A stretch of DNA of 40,000 bases from Candidatus Peregrinibacteria bacterium (lineage in GTDB: Bacteria > Patescibacteriota > Gracilibacteria > UBA1369 > PNNO01): contig JAFGJT010000008.1 of the NCBI GenBank assembly GCA_016928915.1, positions 71,546-111,545 on the forward strand, given 5' to 3'. Below the pieces are notes generated by a model that saw nothing but the letters and a program-made list of their open reading frames with translations, was not told the DNA's origin and did not search any database. The position numbers and the translations under genes were made by a program. Shown here in pieces: positions 1 through 7,825 of the stretch (its first letter is position 1; the number at the start of each line of letters is the position of its first letter).

Positions 1-332
1 CATAAGAGTATGAACGACTTTGTACCCGTTGCGTACCTCTTTGCGCGCGTATGGGTTAATTTCGGGCCTTTTGGGGACATATATATTACCGGACCTTTAT
101 TGGTTCGTTTTACATACTTTATTGCGTCGTACAAAGGCTGGGGAGTCATAACCATTCCCGCGCCGCCGCCGTACGGAGTATCATCGGTCTTTTTGTGCTT
201 GTCCTTGCTGAAATCGCGGATATTATGAAGTTTAATTTTGATGATTTTGTTTTTCTGGGCGCGTTTTAAAATGCTCTCATTCAGGTAAGAGTTGAACATC
301 TCAGGAAATAAGGTGAGAATGTCGAATTTCAT
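1..332 (-). CDS. trmD: tRNA (guanine37-N1)-methyltransferase TrmD, N-terminal part (gene runs off the window start)
   Basis: Manual minus-strand translation from the ATG at 332..330 gives MKFDILTLFPEMFNSYLNESILKRAQKNK...DDTPYGGGAGMVMTPQPLYDAI...VIYMSPKGPKL, which matches the conserved TrmD N-terminus. It is absent from the ORF track because it is open-ended. Confidence 0.85.
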   Translation of the reverse strand, partial: MKFDILTLFPEMFNSYLNESILKRAQKNKIIKIKLHNIRDFSKDKHKKTDDTPYGGGAGMVMTPQPLYDAIKYVKRTNKGPVIYMSPKGPKLTHTRAKRYATGTKSFILL

Positions 333-762
333 TTTTGTTACTCGGTAAAAATATCGGATTACAGACAAATTTATATCAAAAACAGTGCGGAAAGTCTAAC
401 AGTGAAGATTTATTATTAGAGAATAATTGATTAAACGACAGGCTTAAACCAGTGTTGATCTTAATTTTAATTTGAATTGCTTACTTAACGAACTTGCCAC
501 CCTTGACATATTTGAAAAACTTTTCAACTTAACGGCAATGTTGAAATGATAATTTTTGTTATTAAATAAACAAAAAACAATGAATAAATTTTTTAACAAA
601 CCCAGCCCTGGGCCGGAATTTTTTTGCAGAAAAAGTGCGTATAGTAAAAAAACGGTCGGACCATTTTTATAATTTTTTTCTCCGAGGATCGAATTCTTTC
701 TTGTAGATTATTGGCTTTGTTTAGTTAAAAACCCGCCATGCCCCAAAAACAGGTTCAAGCTA

Positions 763-1185
763 TTATCTCTTGCTGAACTGTGGAGCTCGTCTTGCTCTTT
801 TTAAGCCGAATTTCTTTCTTTCTTTGATTCTTGCGTCGCGTGTTAAAAAGCCGGCTTTTTTTAAGGTTGCGCGGAGCATCTCATCATATGCGAGCAGAGC
901 CCTTGCAACACCATGCCTTATGGCATCGGCCTGTGCAATTATTCCTCCGCCAAGAACTTTTACGCTTAAATCAACCTTTTTTGCCATTCCGCATAATTCA
1001 AGCGGGGACATAATGGCATCCTGCTGCACTTTTTGCTGGCAGAATTCTTTTAAAGGTTTTTCATTGATTTTAATTTCACCTTTTCCATCCGAAAAAAGTC
1101 TTACTCTTGCAACAGATGTTTTGCGTTTGCCTGTTGCGCTGTAAAATTTATTTTCCTTCTTTTTTGCTTTAGGTTGTGCTGGCAT
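763..1185 (-). CDS. rpsI: 30S ribosomal protein S9
   Basis: The 140-aa ORF ends in ...RDARIKERKKFGLKRARRAPQFSKR, the typical S9 C-terminus, and follows rplM as in the conserved rplM-rpsI pair. Confidence 0.95.
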   Translation of the reverse strand: MPAQPKAKKKENKFYSATGKRKTSVARVRLFSDGKGEIKINEKPLKEFCQQKVQQDAIMSPLELCGMAKKVDLSVKVLGGGIIAQADAIRHGVARALLAYDEMLRATLKKAGFLTRDARIKERKKFGLKRARRAPQFSKR

Positions 1186-1197
1186 AATTATAAATGA

Positions 1198-1626
1198 TTA
1201 TATCTTTAACAATTCGGGATTTTGCGCCTCGTGCTTATGCTCGGGGCCCGCATAAATTTTTAATTTCATCAGAATTTGTTTTCTTATTTTGTTGTTTGGG
1301 AGCATGCCTGTTATGGCAAGTTTAACCACTTTTTCGGGTTTTTCATCAAGCATCTTTTTTAAGGTGGTTGATTTTAATTTTCCGTACTGGCCGGAATGGG
1401 TATAGTACATTTTCTGTTCTTTTTTCATACCGGTGGTATGTACATCCTGTGCGTTAATTATTACAACAAAGTCGCCGCAGTCCATATGCGGCACAAAATA
1501 TGATTTGTTTTTACCGCGCAGTATTGCGGCAATTTTTGAAGCCATTCTTCCGAGAGTTTTACCTTTGGCATCAACCAGATACCATTTTCTTTCAATTTCG
1601 TTCTTTTTTGGTGATAGGGTCTTCAT
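1198..1626 (-). CDS. rplM: 50S ribosomal protein L13 (start trimmed to the internal ATG at 1626)
   Basis: MKTLSPKKNEIERKWYLVDAKGKTLGRMASKIAAILRGKNK... is a canonical L13 N-terminus. The 34 extra codons in the track ORF translate the intergenic hairpin element and overlap rplQ. Confidence 0.92.
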   Translation of the reverse strand: MKTLSPKKNEIERKWYLVDAKGKTLGRMASKIAAILRGKNKSYFVPHMDCGDFVVIINAQDVHTTGMKKEQKMYYTHSGQYGKLKSTTLKKMLDEKPEKVVKLAITGMLPNNKIRKQILMKLKIYAGPEHKHEAQNPELLKI

Positions 1627-1658
1627 ATTAATTAATTTATATTCATAGTTTTTAAATG

Positions 1659-1717
1659 TGGGGGATGGAACCTTAAAGACGGGTTCCGGGGGCCGCTTGT
1701 AGCCCGTGGACGGGCTA
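1659..1717 (-). repeat. Bipartite stop-codon hairpin element, copy at the rplQ 3' end
   Basis: The RNA reads UAGCCCG-UCCA-CGGGCUA (1700..1717; the UAG is the rplQ stop), then CAAGCGGCCCC and a second hairpin GGAACC...GGUUCC. Confidence 0.6.
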
Positions 1718-2071
1718 TACCAGTTCAATTAAAACCATTGGAGCACAGTCTCCCGCACGAAAGCCGACTTTTGTAATTCTTGTGTAGCCGGATTTGCGGT
1801 CTTTATATTTTACTGCCAGCTGTTCCATAATTTTTTTTGAGCAGTTTTTATGGTTAACCAGCTTGTTCAGCATTCTGATTGCGGTAAGTTTGTCATGCTT
1901 TTTGGCGGTATCTATAAGACGCGCCACATAAGGAGCGATAGCTTTTGCTTTTGGCTCGGTTGTTTTAACTTTTTCATGAATTATTACATTCATTGCCAAG
2001 GTTTTTAGAAGGAGTCTTCTGTGATCAGTTCCTCCGACGCCGAATTTTTTATTGCGTTTTTGATGCCTCAT
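1715..2071 (-). CDS. rplQ: 50S ribosomal protein L17
   Basis: MRHQKRNKKFG...HRRLLLKTLAMNVIIHEKVKTTEPKAKA is an L17 signature, and the gene sits directly downstream of rpoA. Confidence 0.94.
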   Translation of the reverse strand: MRHQKRNKKFGVGGTDHRRLLLKTLAMNVIIHEKVKTTEPKAKAIAPYVARLIDTAKKHDKLTAIRMLNKLVNHKNCSKKIMEQLAVKYKDRKSGYTRITKVGFRAGDCAPMVLIELV

Positions 2072-2083
2072 ATATGTCTTTAG

Positions 2084-3061
2084 TTATTCTTCTGATAGTT
2101 TTAAGCCTTTTTTATCAAGAGCGTCAGATACTTCGTTTAATGCTTTTTTTCCGAAGCCTCTTAGATTTGAAAGTTTGCTCTCTGTGCATTTTGAAAGTTG
2201 TTCAATAGAGCCGATTCCTCCGTTGATAAGAGCATTTAATGTTCGCGGAGAAAAGCCAAGAATTTCAATCGGGGTGTATGATTCCTGAACAGGTTTTGTT
2301 TTCTCCTGCTCTTTTTCTTTCTGCGCGATTTTTGCGAAATCACTCATGAATTCAGGTTCAACCATTATCCCTTCTTCGTTGAATAAATTAAAGTAAGAAG
2401 TAAGTATGTTAGATGCGAATTTCAGAGCGTCTTCGGGAGTGATCGTCCCGTCGGTTGCGATTTCCATTACCAGTTTGTCAAGATTTGTCATTTGTCCCAC
2501 ACGGGTATTTGTAACTTCGTATCTGACTTTAACTACAGGCGTATAAACCGCATCTACAACTATCATTCCCGCATCGTGTTCTTCTTTGCTTTTTATTGCC
2601 GCCGGAACATATCCAACACCTTTTTCAACCTTAAGATCCATTTTAAATTTTGAACTTTTTCCGTCAACAGTGGTTATATACAAATCCGGGTTTAAGATTT
2701 GCACATCGCTTGGACATTTAATCATTTTTGCAGTAACGACACCCGGTTTCGTAACATTTATTTCCAGCAAAGAAGGTTCTTTTGAATCCTTTTTAATATA
2801 CAGTTTTTTTAAATTAAGACAGATATCCAGAACGCTGTCTTTTGATCCTTTTACAACGGAATATTCATGAGTAACACCCGGAATTTTTACACCGGTAACA
2901 CTTGCACCAGGTAGAGACGACAATAGAACTCTGCGCAAAGCATTTCCCAGAGTCATTCCATAACCTGGAGGCAAAGGCCCGAGGTTGAAAATAACATGAT
3001 TGTCACCCTTTTTTTTGGTGCCAAGTCTGGGTATGCCGATTTCCTCTTGTATTTGATGCAT
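2084..3061 (-). CDS. rpoA: DNA-directed RNA polymerase alpha subunit
   Basis: The 325-aa ORF contains GYGMTLGNALRRVLLSSLPGASVTGVKI (alpha N-terminal domain) and has a C-terminal helix-hairpin-helix domain. It lies in the rpsD-rpoA-rplQ context. Confidence 0.95.
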   Translation of the reverse strand: MHQIQEEIGIPRLGTKKKGDNHVIFNLGPLPPGYGMTLGNALRRVLLSSLPGASVTGVKIPGVTHEYSVVKGSKDSVLDICLNLKKLYIKKDSKEPSLLEINVTKPGVVTAKMIKCPSDVQILNPDLYITTVDGKSSKFKMDLKVEKGVGYVPAAIKSKEEHDAGMIVVDAVYTPVVKVRYEVTNTRVGQMTNLDKLVMEIATDGTITPEDALKFASNILTSYFNLFNEEGIMVEPEFMSDFAKIAQKEKEQEKTKPVQESYTPIEILGFSPRTLNALINGGIGSIEQLSKCTESKLSNLRGFGKKALNEVSDALDKKGLKLSEE

Positions 3062-3078
3062 AATAGGTAATTTATTTG

Positions 3079-3705
3079 TTATTTTGAATAAAATTCAACA
3101 ATCATCTGAGCATCGAAAACATGCTCAAAATCATCGCGGGTGGGTTCTTTTATAACCTCGCATGTAAGGTTATTAGGTTCGCTTGAAAGCCATTTTGGGG
3201 CTTTGGATTTTTTCTGTATTATGTCTGCAAATAATGGGGATTTTTTTGATCTGTCCCTTATTTCGAGCTTGTCTCCCACTTTTACTTCAATTGAAGGGAT
3301 ATCAACTCTTCGGCCGTTAAGTTTTACAAGCCCGTGAGTGACAATCTGTCTTGCCTGTCTTCTTGTTTCGGCAAGTCCGGCTCTGTAAATTACGTTATCA
3401 AGCCTTTTTTCCAGCATTTTGATAAGAACGAAGTCAGTTGCTTCATTTGTCTTGATGGCTTTTTTGTAATAATTACTGAACTGTTTTTCGAGAATTCCAT
3501 AAATTCTTTTTGCCTTTTGTTTTTCTCTTAATTGTTTTCCGAATTCCGAAGGCTTTGCAAAAGTTCCTTTTTTCCCGTGCATGCCGGGAGGATAATTTTT
3601 TTTCTGCGCAGCTTTCATTGCCGACCCTTCGTAATTTCCAAATGCAGCGAGACTAATTCCGTCTCTTCGCGCCAATCTAACTTTCGGTCCTTTATATCTT
3701 GCCAT
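3079..3705 (-). CDS. rpsD: 30S ribosomal protein S4
   Basis: MARYKGPKVRLARRDG... with an S4 RNA-binding domain (RLDNVIYRAGLAETRRQARQIVTHG). Confidence 0.95.
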   Translation of the reverse strand: MARYKGPKVRLARRDGISLAAFGNYEGSAMKAAQKKNYPPGMHGKKGTFAKPSEFGKQLREKQKAKRIYGILEKQFSNYYKKAIKTNEATDFVLIKMLEKRLDNVIYRAGLAETRRQARQIVTHGLVKLNGRRVDIPSIEVKVGDKLEIRDRSKKSPLFADIIQKKSKAPKWLSSEPNNLTCEVIKEPTRDDFEHVFDAQMIVEFYSK

Positions 3706-3740
3706 TTATTATGATGTTAAGTTAACTTAATTGATTATGA

Positions 3741-3798
3741 AGAATGAAGATTTCGGCCTTGGAAATACAGGTGCCGAAAGTAGCCCTGGGAAGGGCTA
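3741..3798 (-). repeat. Bipartite stop-codon hairpin element, copy at the rpsK 3' end
   Basis: UAGCCCU-UCCC-AGGGCUA (3781..3798; the UAG is the rpsK stop), then UUUCGGC...GCCGAAA, then the flank AAUCUUCAUUCU that is shared with the rpsN copy. Confidence 0.65.
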
Positions 3799-4239
3799 TA
3801 TCCTTCTAGTTTTTCTTGCTCTGCATCCGTTATGCGGGATCGGTGTTGTATCATGTATTGATAAAATTTGAATTCCAGATGCGTTGATTCCTCTTATTGA
3901 CTGTTCGCGGCCGGAGCCGACACCTTTAACAAAAACATGAGCTTTTTCGATACCTATCGGTTTTGCTTTTTCAATTGCGTTTTCGGCGGCAACCTGCGCT
4001 GCATAAGGAGTTGATTTTCTTGTTCCTTTAAATCCGCTTGAGCCTGCCGAAGACCATGCAATAACATCCCCGTTGGGTTCGGTTATTGTAACAATAGTAT
4101 TGTTATAGGTAGCGGAAATATAAATTTTACATTCAGGTGAAACTTTCCTTTTTGATTTCTTTTTCTTAACAACCTTTGCGGGTTTTTCCGCCGCCTTGGT
4201 TTCTTCTTCCTGTTTTTTTGCTTTAACTTCTTCTGCCAT
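3796..4239 (-). CDS. rpsK: 30S ribosomal protein S11 (Lys-rich N-terminal extension)
   Basis: The core ...[44 protein letters not shown]... identifies S11. About 30 extra K/E-rich residues precede it. Confidence 0.95.
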   Translation of the reverse strand: MAEEVKAKKQEEETKAAEKPAKVVKKKKSKRKVSPECKIYISATYNNTIVTITEPNGDVIAWSSAGSSGFKGTRKSTPYAAQVAAENAIEKAKPIGIEKAHVFVKGVGSGREQSIRGINASGIQILSIHDTTPIPHNGCRARKTRRI

Positions 4240-4286
4240 ATAATTATTTAAGATTTAAGTATTAAGTTTTAAGTGAAGAAAATTCC

Positions 4287-4346
4287 GGGGAACGCGGCCC
4301 TATTTTTTTAAATGCGGGGGCCACTTATAGCCGTAAGAACGGCTCT
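4287..4346 (-). repeat. Bipartite hairpin element, distal tandem copy downstream of rpsM
   Basis: AGCCGU-UCUU-ACGGCU (4329..4344), UAAGUG, GUGGCCC...GGGCCGC, then GUUCCCC, which is shared with the tuf copy. Confidence 0.6.
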
Positions 4347-4360
4347 TGTTTTTATAATAT

Positions 4361-4402
4361 CGCGGCCTTAGTTGGCCGCCGGGAGCCGTAAGAACGGCTC
4401 TA
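4361..4402 (-). repeat. Bipartite stop-codon hairpin element, proximal copy at the rpsM 3' end
   Basis: UA-GAGCCGU-UCUU-ACGGCUC (4383..4402; the UAG is the rpsM stop and its G is the first stem base), then CCGGC-GCGGCC-AACUAA-GGCCGC. Confidence 0.65.
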
Positions 4403-4774
4403 TTTAGTGGTTATTTTTTTGTTAGCAACTGTTACTCTCTTTCCTTTCTTTGTTCTTGCATTGGTCTTGGTTCGCTGACCTCTTACAGGGAGTCTTCTTC
4501 TATGCCTGAATCCGCGGTAAGTTCCGATATCCTGAAGTCTTTTGATATCCATTGACATTTTTCTGCGCAGATCTCCTTCGAGAGACAGTTTGCCAACAGC
4601 TTCTCTTATTTTTCCAATTTCATCTTCTGTTAAATCATTTACCTTTGTATCAAGATTTATTTTCAATTCGGTTAAAACTTTTTTTGAAAGTCTTCTGCCG
4701 ATTCCATAAATTGCGGTCAGGCCGACTTCTATTCTTTTATCTTTTGGTAGATTTACGTTTGATATACGAGCCAT
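4400..4774 (-). CDS. rpsM: 30S ribosomal protein S13
   Basis: [34 protein letters not shown]...[23 protein letters not shown] matches S13. Confidence 0.95.
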   Translation of the reverse strand: MARISNVNLPKDKRIEVGLTAIYGIGRRLSKKVLTELKINLDTKVNDLTEDEIGKIREAVGKLSLEGDLRRKMSMDIKRLQDIGTYRGFRHRRRLPVRGQRTKTNARTKKGKRVTVANKKITTK

Positions 4775-4843
4775 ATATTATTACTTTTAACGATTAACAT
4801 TTGACATTTGACAAGTTGACATGTGGTTTTGAAACGGCCACCG

Positions 4844-4957
4844 CTACCCCTGTCTTTGTTTGTGCTTTTTAGTTTTGCAGATCACGCGAATTACACCCTT
4901 TCGGCGTATTATTTTGCATTTGTCACATATTTTTTTTACCGATGATCTGACTTTCAT
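4844..4957 (-). CDS. rpmJ: 50S ribosomal protein L36 (not in the ORF track, too short)
   Basis: Manual translation gives [37 protein letters not shown], with the canonical L36 zinc ligands (C,C,C,H). It sits between infA and rpsM. Confidence 0.9.
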   Translation of the reverse strand: MKVRSSVKKICDKCKIIRRKGVIRVICKTKKHKQRQG

Positions 4958-4968
4958 AACCTTATATA

Positions 4969-5304
4969 TTATTGATTGCTTGTTTCTTCGGGCTGTTCAT
5001 TTTCAGCCGGTTGAGACTCTTCGTTTATCTCCGTGGCTTCTTCTTTTTTCTCCAACGCTTTTCTGGCTTCCGCCGCCGACTTGTGTCTGAACGTGATGCG
5101 TCCCTTTGTGAGATCGTAAGGGGTTAATTCAATAGTTACAGTGTCTCCGGGAAGTACTTTGATATAATTGACGCGCATCCGACCGCTTAAGTGCGCCAGC
5201 ACTGTGTGGTCCTTGTATCTTGCGTCCAAAAGTTTGACCCGAAATGTAGCATTTGGAAGAGTTTCTGTGATCTCTCCCAAAACCTCAATAACCTCTTTTG
5301 CCAA
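4969..5304 (-). CDS. infA: Translation initiation factor IF-1 with an acidic C-terminal extension (TTG start)
   Basis: The S1-like core is [27 protein letters not shown]...[35 protein letters not shown]. About 38 extra E/A/Q-rich residues follow. The start codon is TTG at 5304..5302. Confidence 0.9.
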   Translation of the reverse strand: MAKEVIEVLGEITETLPNATFRVKLLDARYKDHTVLAHLSGRMRVNYIKVLPGDTVTIELTPYDLTKGRITFRHKSAAEARKALEKKEEATEINEESQPAENEQPEETSNQ

Positions 5305-5329
5305 TTTAGTTTGCGTAAAGAGCGTTAGG

Positions 5330-5358
5330 ATTTTACATTAGGGTTTTAGCCATTGCAA
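5330..5358 (-). promoter_or_regulatory. Candidate sigma70-type promoter for infA-rpmJ-rpsM...
   Basis: TTGCAA - 17 nt - TAAAAT on the minus strand, about 25 nt upstream of the infA TTG start. Confidence 0.4.
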
Positions 5359-5472
5359 CATGTTTTTTCGCATATTTATTGAATTTTAGAAAAATCGATT
5401 GCATACAGAATAGAATATTGTAAAACAACCTTTTGCTGTTTTGTATTTACGGGTGTTGAATTTTTGAAATTC

Positions 5473-5501
5473 TTGAATTTAAAGCCAAAAAATGATACAA
5501 T
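5473..5501 (+). promoter_or_regulatory. Candidate promoter for the patatin-like gene
   Basis: TTGAAT - 17 nt - TACAAT with an extended -10 TG (TGATACAAT), 27 nt upstream of the ATG at 5529. Confidence 0.4.
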
Positions 5502-5528
5502 GTTAAGAAAAACCAAAAAATATAATTT

Positions 5529-6428
5529 ATGTCCGAAAAGAAAAAAATAAAAAAAACTCTCGGAATAGGACTTGGAGGCGGGGGCGCTAGAGGTTTTGCC
5601 CATATTGGAATACTTGAAGTCCTTGAAGAAAACGGTATAAAGCCGGATTTTATTGCAGGAACAAGCATGGGTGCGGTAATTGCGGGTTTGTATGCCGTTG
5701 GATATTCAATACAGCGAATTAAAGAAATAGCGATAAATTTTAAAAACATTGAAATTATTCCCACCAGGTATCTTAATCTTTTGCACGAAAGCCTTTTAAA
5801 GTCGGACATTATTATTGAGGCCTTAAACCAGCTTTTTGACGGCAAAACTTTTAAGGACTGCAAGATTCCTTTTTATACCGTTGCAATTGATCTTGAAAGC
5901 GGCAAAGAAATTATGTTTAATAAAGGGCCTTTAAATAAAGCAATTCTTGCCTCCGTTTCAATTCCGATTATATTTCCGCCCACTTTTCATGAAGACAGAT
6001 ATCTTATAGACGGCGGTATACTTGAGAATGTTCCTTTAAAAGATATAAGAGCATTGTATAAACCGGATGTCTTGATCGGATCTAAAATCATCAATTATAC
6101 ATCAAGGCAATATATATCGGGGATGGTTTATGCAAAATATCAGCAGGTAAAATATGAATCATTGTTTAAAAAAGTAAATTTTATTGAAAATTTTGTAAAC
6201 AATACTAAAAAAGATCTGCATCTGCTTGTGGGGATTGCTCTAAGGGCAATGGATATTGCATCAAAGGACAACACCGACAAAAGAATTCTGGAGGCTAAGC
6301 CCGATATTTTGCTTGAACCTAACATTGATTGTGGTCTTCTTGAATTCGATAAAGCAGGAATTGCAATTGAGGAGGGCAGAAAGGCAATGTTTAAAGAACT
6401 TCCGAAACTTAAAGAATTACTTGGTTAA
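5529..6428 (+). CDS. Patatin-like phospholipase (RssA/PNPLA family)
   Basis: Oxyanion glycine loop GLGGGGARG, nucleophile elbow G-T-S-M-G and catalytic DGG (LIDGGILENVP). It lies on the opposite strand to the surrounding operon. Confidence 0.85.
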   Translation: MSEKKKIKKTLGIGLGGGGARGFAHIGILEVLEENGIKPDFIAGTSMGAVIAGLYAVGYSIQRIKEIAINFKNIEIIPTRYLNLLHESLLKSDIIIEALNQLFDGKTFKDCKIPFYTVAIDLESGKEIMFNKGPLNKAILASVSIPIIFPPTFHEDRYLIDGGILENVPLKDIRALYKPDVLIGSKIINYTSRQYISGMVYAKYQQVKYESLFKKVNFIENFVNNTKKDLHLLVGIALRAMDIASKDNTDKRILEAKPDILLEPNIDCGLLEFDKAGIAIEEGRKAMFKELPKLKELLG

Positions 6429-7169
6429 AATTTCAGCCCCGGTTTTTGTAACAACAACTGTATGTTCCCATTGGCAGGCGGGCAGACCGTCCTGTGTGAT
6501 TATTGTCCACTTGTCTTTTAGAGTACGAATTTTACCGGATCCCATAGCAACAATGGGTTCGATAGCTATTGTCATTCCGGCTTTTAAAACAGGGCCTGGT
6601 GATTTTTCTTTATAATTTACAATATACGGATCTTCATGAAGCTGTCTGCCGATTCCGTGTCCGGTGAGTTCTTTTACAACACTAAAGCCGTGTTGTTCTT
6701 CAATAATTTTTTGTATGGTATCTCCAATAATATTTAAGTATTCACCTTCTTTTATTTTTGAAATTGTTTCATATAATGCCTTTTTTACTATATATACAAA
6801 TTCTTTAACATCTTCCTGTACATTTCCAATAAAAAGGGTTACCGCGCTGTCACTGTGAAAACCTTTATACAGAACTCCGCAGTCTATTGTAAGAATATCG
6901 CCGTCTTTTAATATTTTTTTTTCAGAGGGGATTGAGTGTACAACCTGTTCGTTAACGGATGTGCATAAAGCGGCCGGGTATCCGTGGAATCCTTTAAAAG
7001 AAGGCTGTACGTTATAATTGTGCATTAATTTTTCGGCATATACATTTATTTCATGCGTGGACATGCCGATTTTTACAAAAGCTGAAAGATTTTTTAAAAT
7101 TTCTGCGAGAATTTTTCCACTTTCTCTCATTAATTCAATTTCATCCTTTGTTTTAATGATTATCGCCAT
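6417..7169 (-). CDS. map: Methionine aminopeptidase, type I
   Basis: The 250-aa ORF has metal-ligand contexts DGDILTIDCGV, TGHGIG and EHTV, in the adk-map context. Confidence 0.93.
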   Translation of the reverse strand: MAIIIKTKDEIELMRESGKILAEILKNLSAFVKIGMSTHEINVYAEKLMHNYNVQPSFKGFHGYPAALCTSVNEQVVHSIPSEKKILKDGDILTIDCGVLYKGFHSDSAVTLFIGNVQEDVKEFVYIVKKALYETISKIKEGEYLNIIGDTIQKIIEEQHGFSVVKELTGHGIGRQLHEDPYIVNYKEKSPGPVLKAGMTIAIEPIVAMGSGKIRTLKDKWTIITQDGLPACQWEHTVVVTKTGAEILTK

Positions 7170-7807
7170 TATTTTAAAAGTGGATCCAGAGCCTTAAATA
7201 ATAATTTTGATACTTCTTCGATTGTTTTGGACCCGTCTACACGGATTAGTTTACCTTCTTTTTCAAACAGTTCAATTACGGGCATGGTTTCATTAAAATA
7301 TGCTTTAATTCTTGTTTTTATGCTTTCCGGGTTGTCATCGGTCCTTGTTTCAAGTTTTCCTCCGCATTTTTCACATTTCTTTTCTTTGTACATTGCAGGA
7401 TATGCGGTTTTGCAGTCAGCGCATATACGGCGCGTTATAAGCCGGTTCGTGGCTTCTTTTTCGGAAAGATCCAGTATTAAAGCCTTATATTCGCGCTTGT
7501 CCTTTTTTAATAATTTTTCAAGCGATACAGCCTGGATTTTTTTTCGCGGAATTCCGTCAAAAATAATATTTTCTCCTTTTTTAATTTTTTTTATAAAATT
7601 TTCAACGATTTCCATTACAATTTCGTTTGGGACAAGATGGCCCGCTTCAATTATTGATTTAATTTTTTTTCCAAGAGGGGAGTTTTCTTTGGAAAGTCTT
7701 CTGAGTTCACCGCCCGTTTCAAAATACGCCATATTGTAGCGCTCTTTTAGAATTTTGCCCTGGGTTCCTTTTCCCGATCCCTGAATGCCGAAGAGAATTA
7801 AGTCCAT
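7169..7807 (-). CDS. adk: Adenylate kinase with a Cys4 zinc lid
   Basis: P-loop GIQGSGKGTQ and a lid with CADC...CEKCGG. The stop and start share one base with map (7169). Confidence 0.93.
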   Translation of the reverse strand: MDLILFGIQGSGKGTQGKILKERYNMAYFETGGELRRLSKENSPLGKKIKSIIEAGHLVPNEIVMEIVENFIKKIKKGENIIFDGIPRKKIQAVSLEKLLKKDKREYKALILDLSEKEATNRLITRRICADCKTAYPAMYKEKKCEKCGGKLETRTDDNPESIKTRIKAYFNETMPVIELFEKEGKLIRVDGSKTIEEVSKLLFKALDPLLK

Positions 7808-7825
7808 AAATAGAGAATAAATAAA

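Noticed and set aside
10-228. 72-aa plus-strand ORF at the window start
   Set aside because: It lies antisense to a clearly recognisable trmD reading frame (1..332, minus strand). It is low-complexity with no motif, so it is treated as a shadow ORF.
333-762. tRNA or other known RNA gene in the rpsI-trmD spacer (GGATCGAATTC resembles a T-loop)
   Set aside because: The flanking bases do not form a T-stem, and no acceptor or anticodon arms can be drawn.
735-762. Possible intrinsic terminator after rpsI (CCUG...CGGG followed by U5)
   Set aside because: The stem has only 4 bp including a G.U pair, with a 14-nt loop. That is too weak to call.
1627-1728. N-terminal 34 codons of the 176-aa track ORF for L13 (and likewise the 104-aa version of S14, 11916..12005)
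   Set aside because: The extensions translate the intergenic hairpin element or overlap the upstream gene. Canonical L13 and S14 N-termini begin at the internal ATGs (1626 and 11915).
5376-5863. Minus-strand ORFs of 75 and 138 aa overlapping the patatin gene start
   Set aside because: They are antisense to a motif-rich patatin ORF and span the divergent promoter region. Their translations are low-complexity F/K/I-rich and typical of AT-rich shadow frames.
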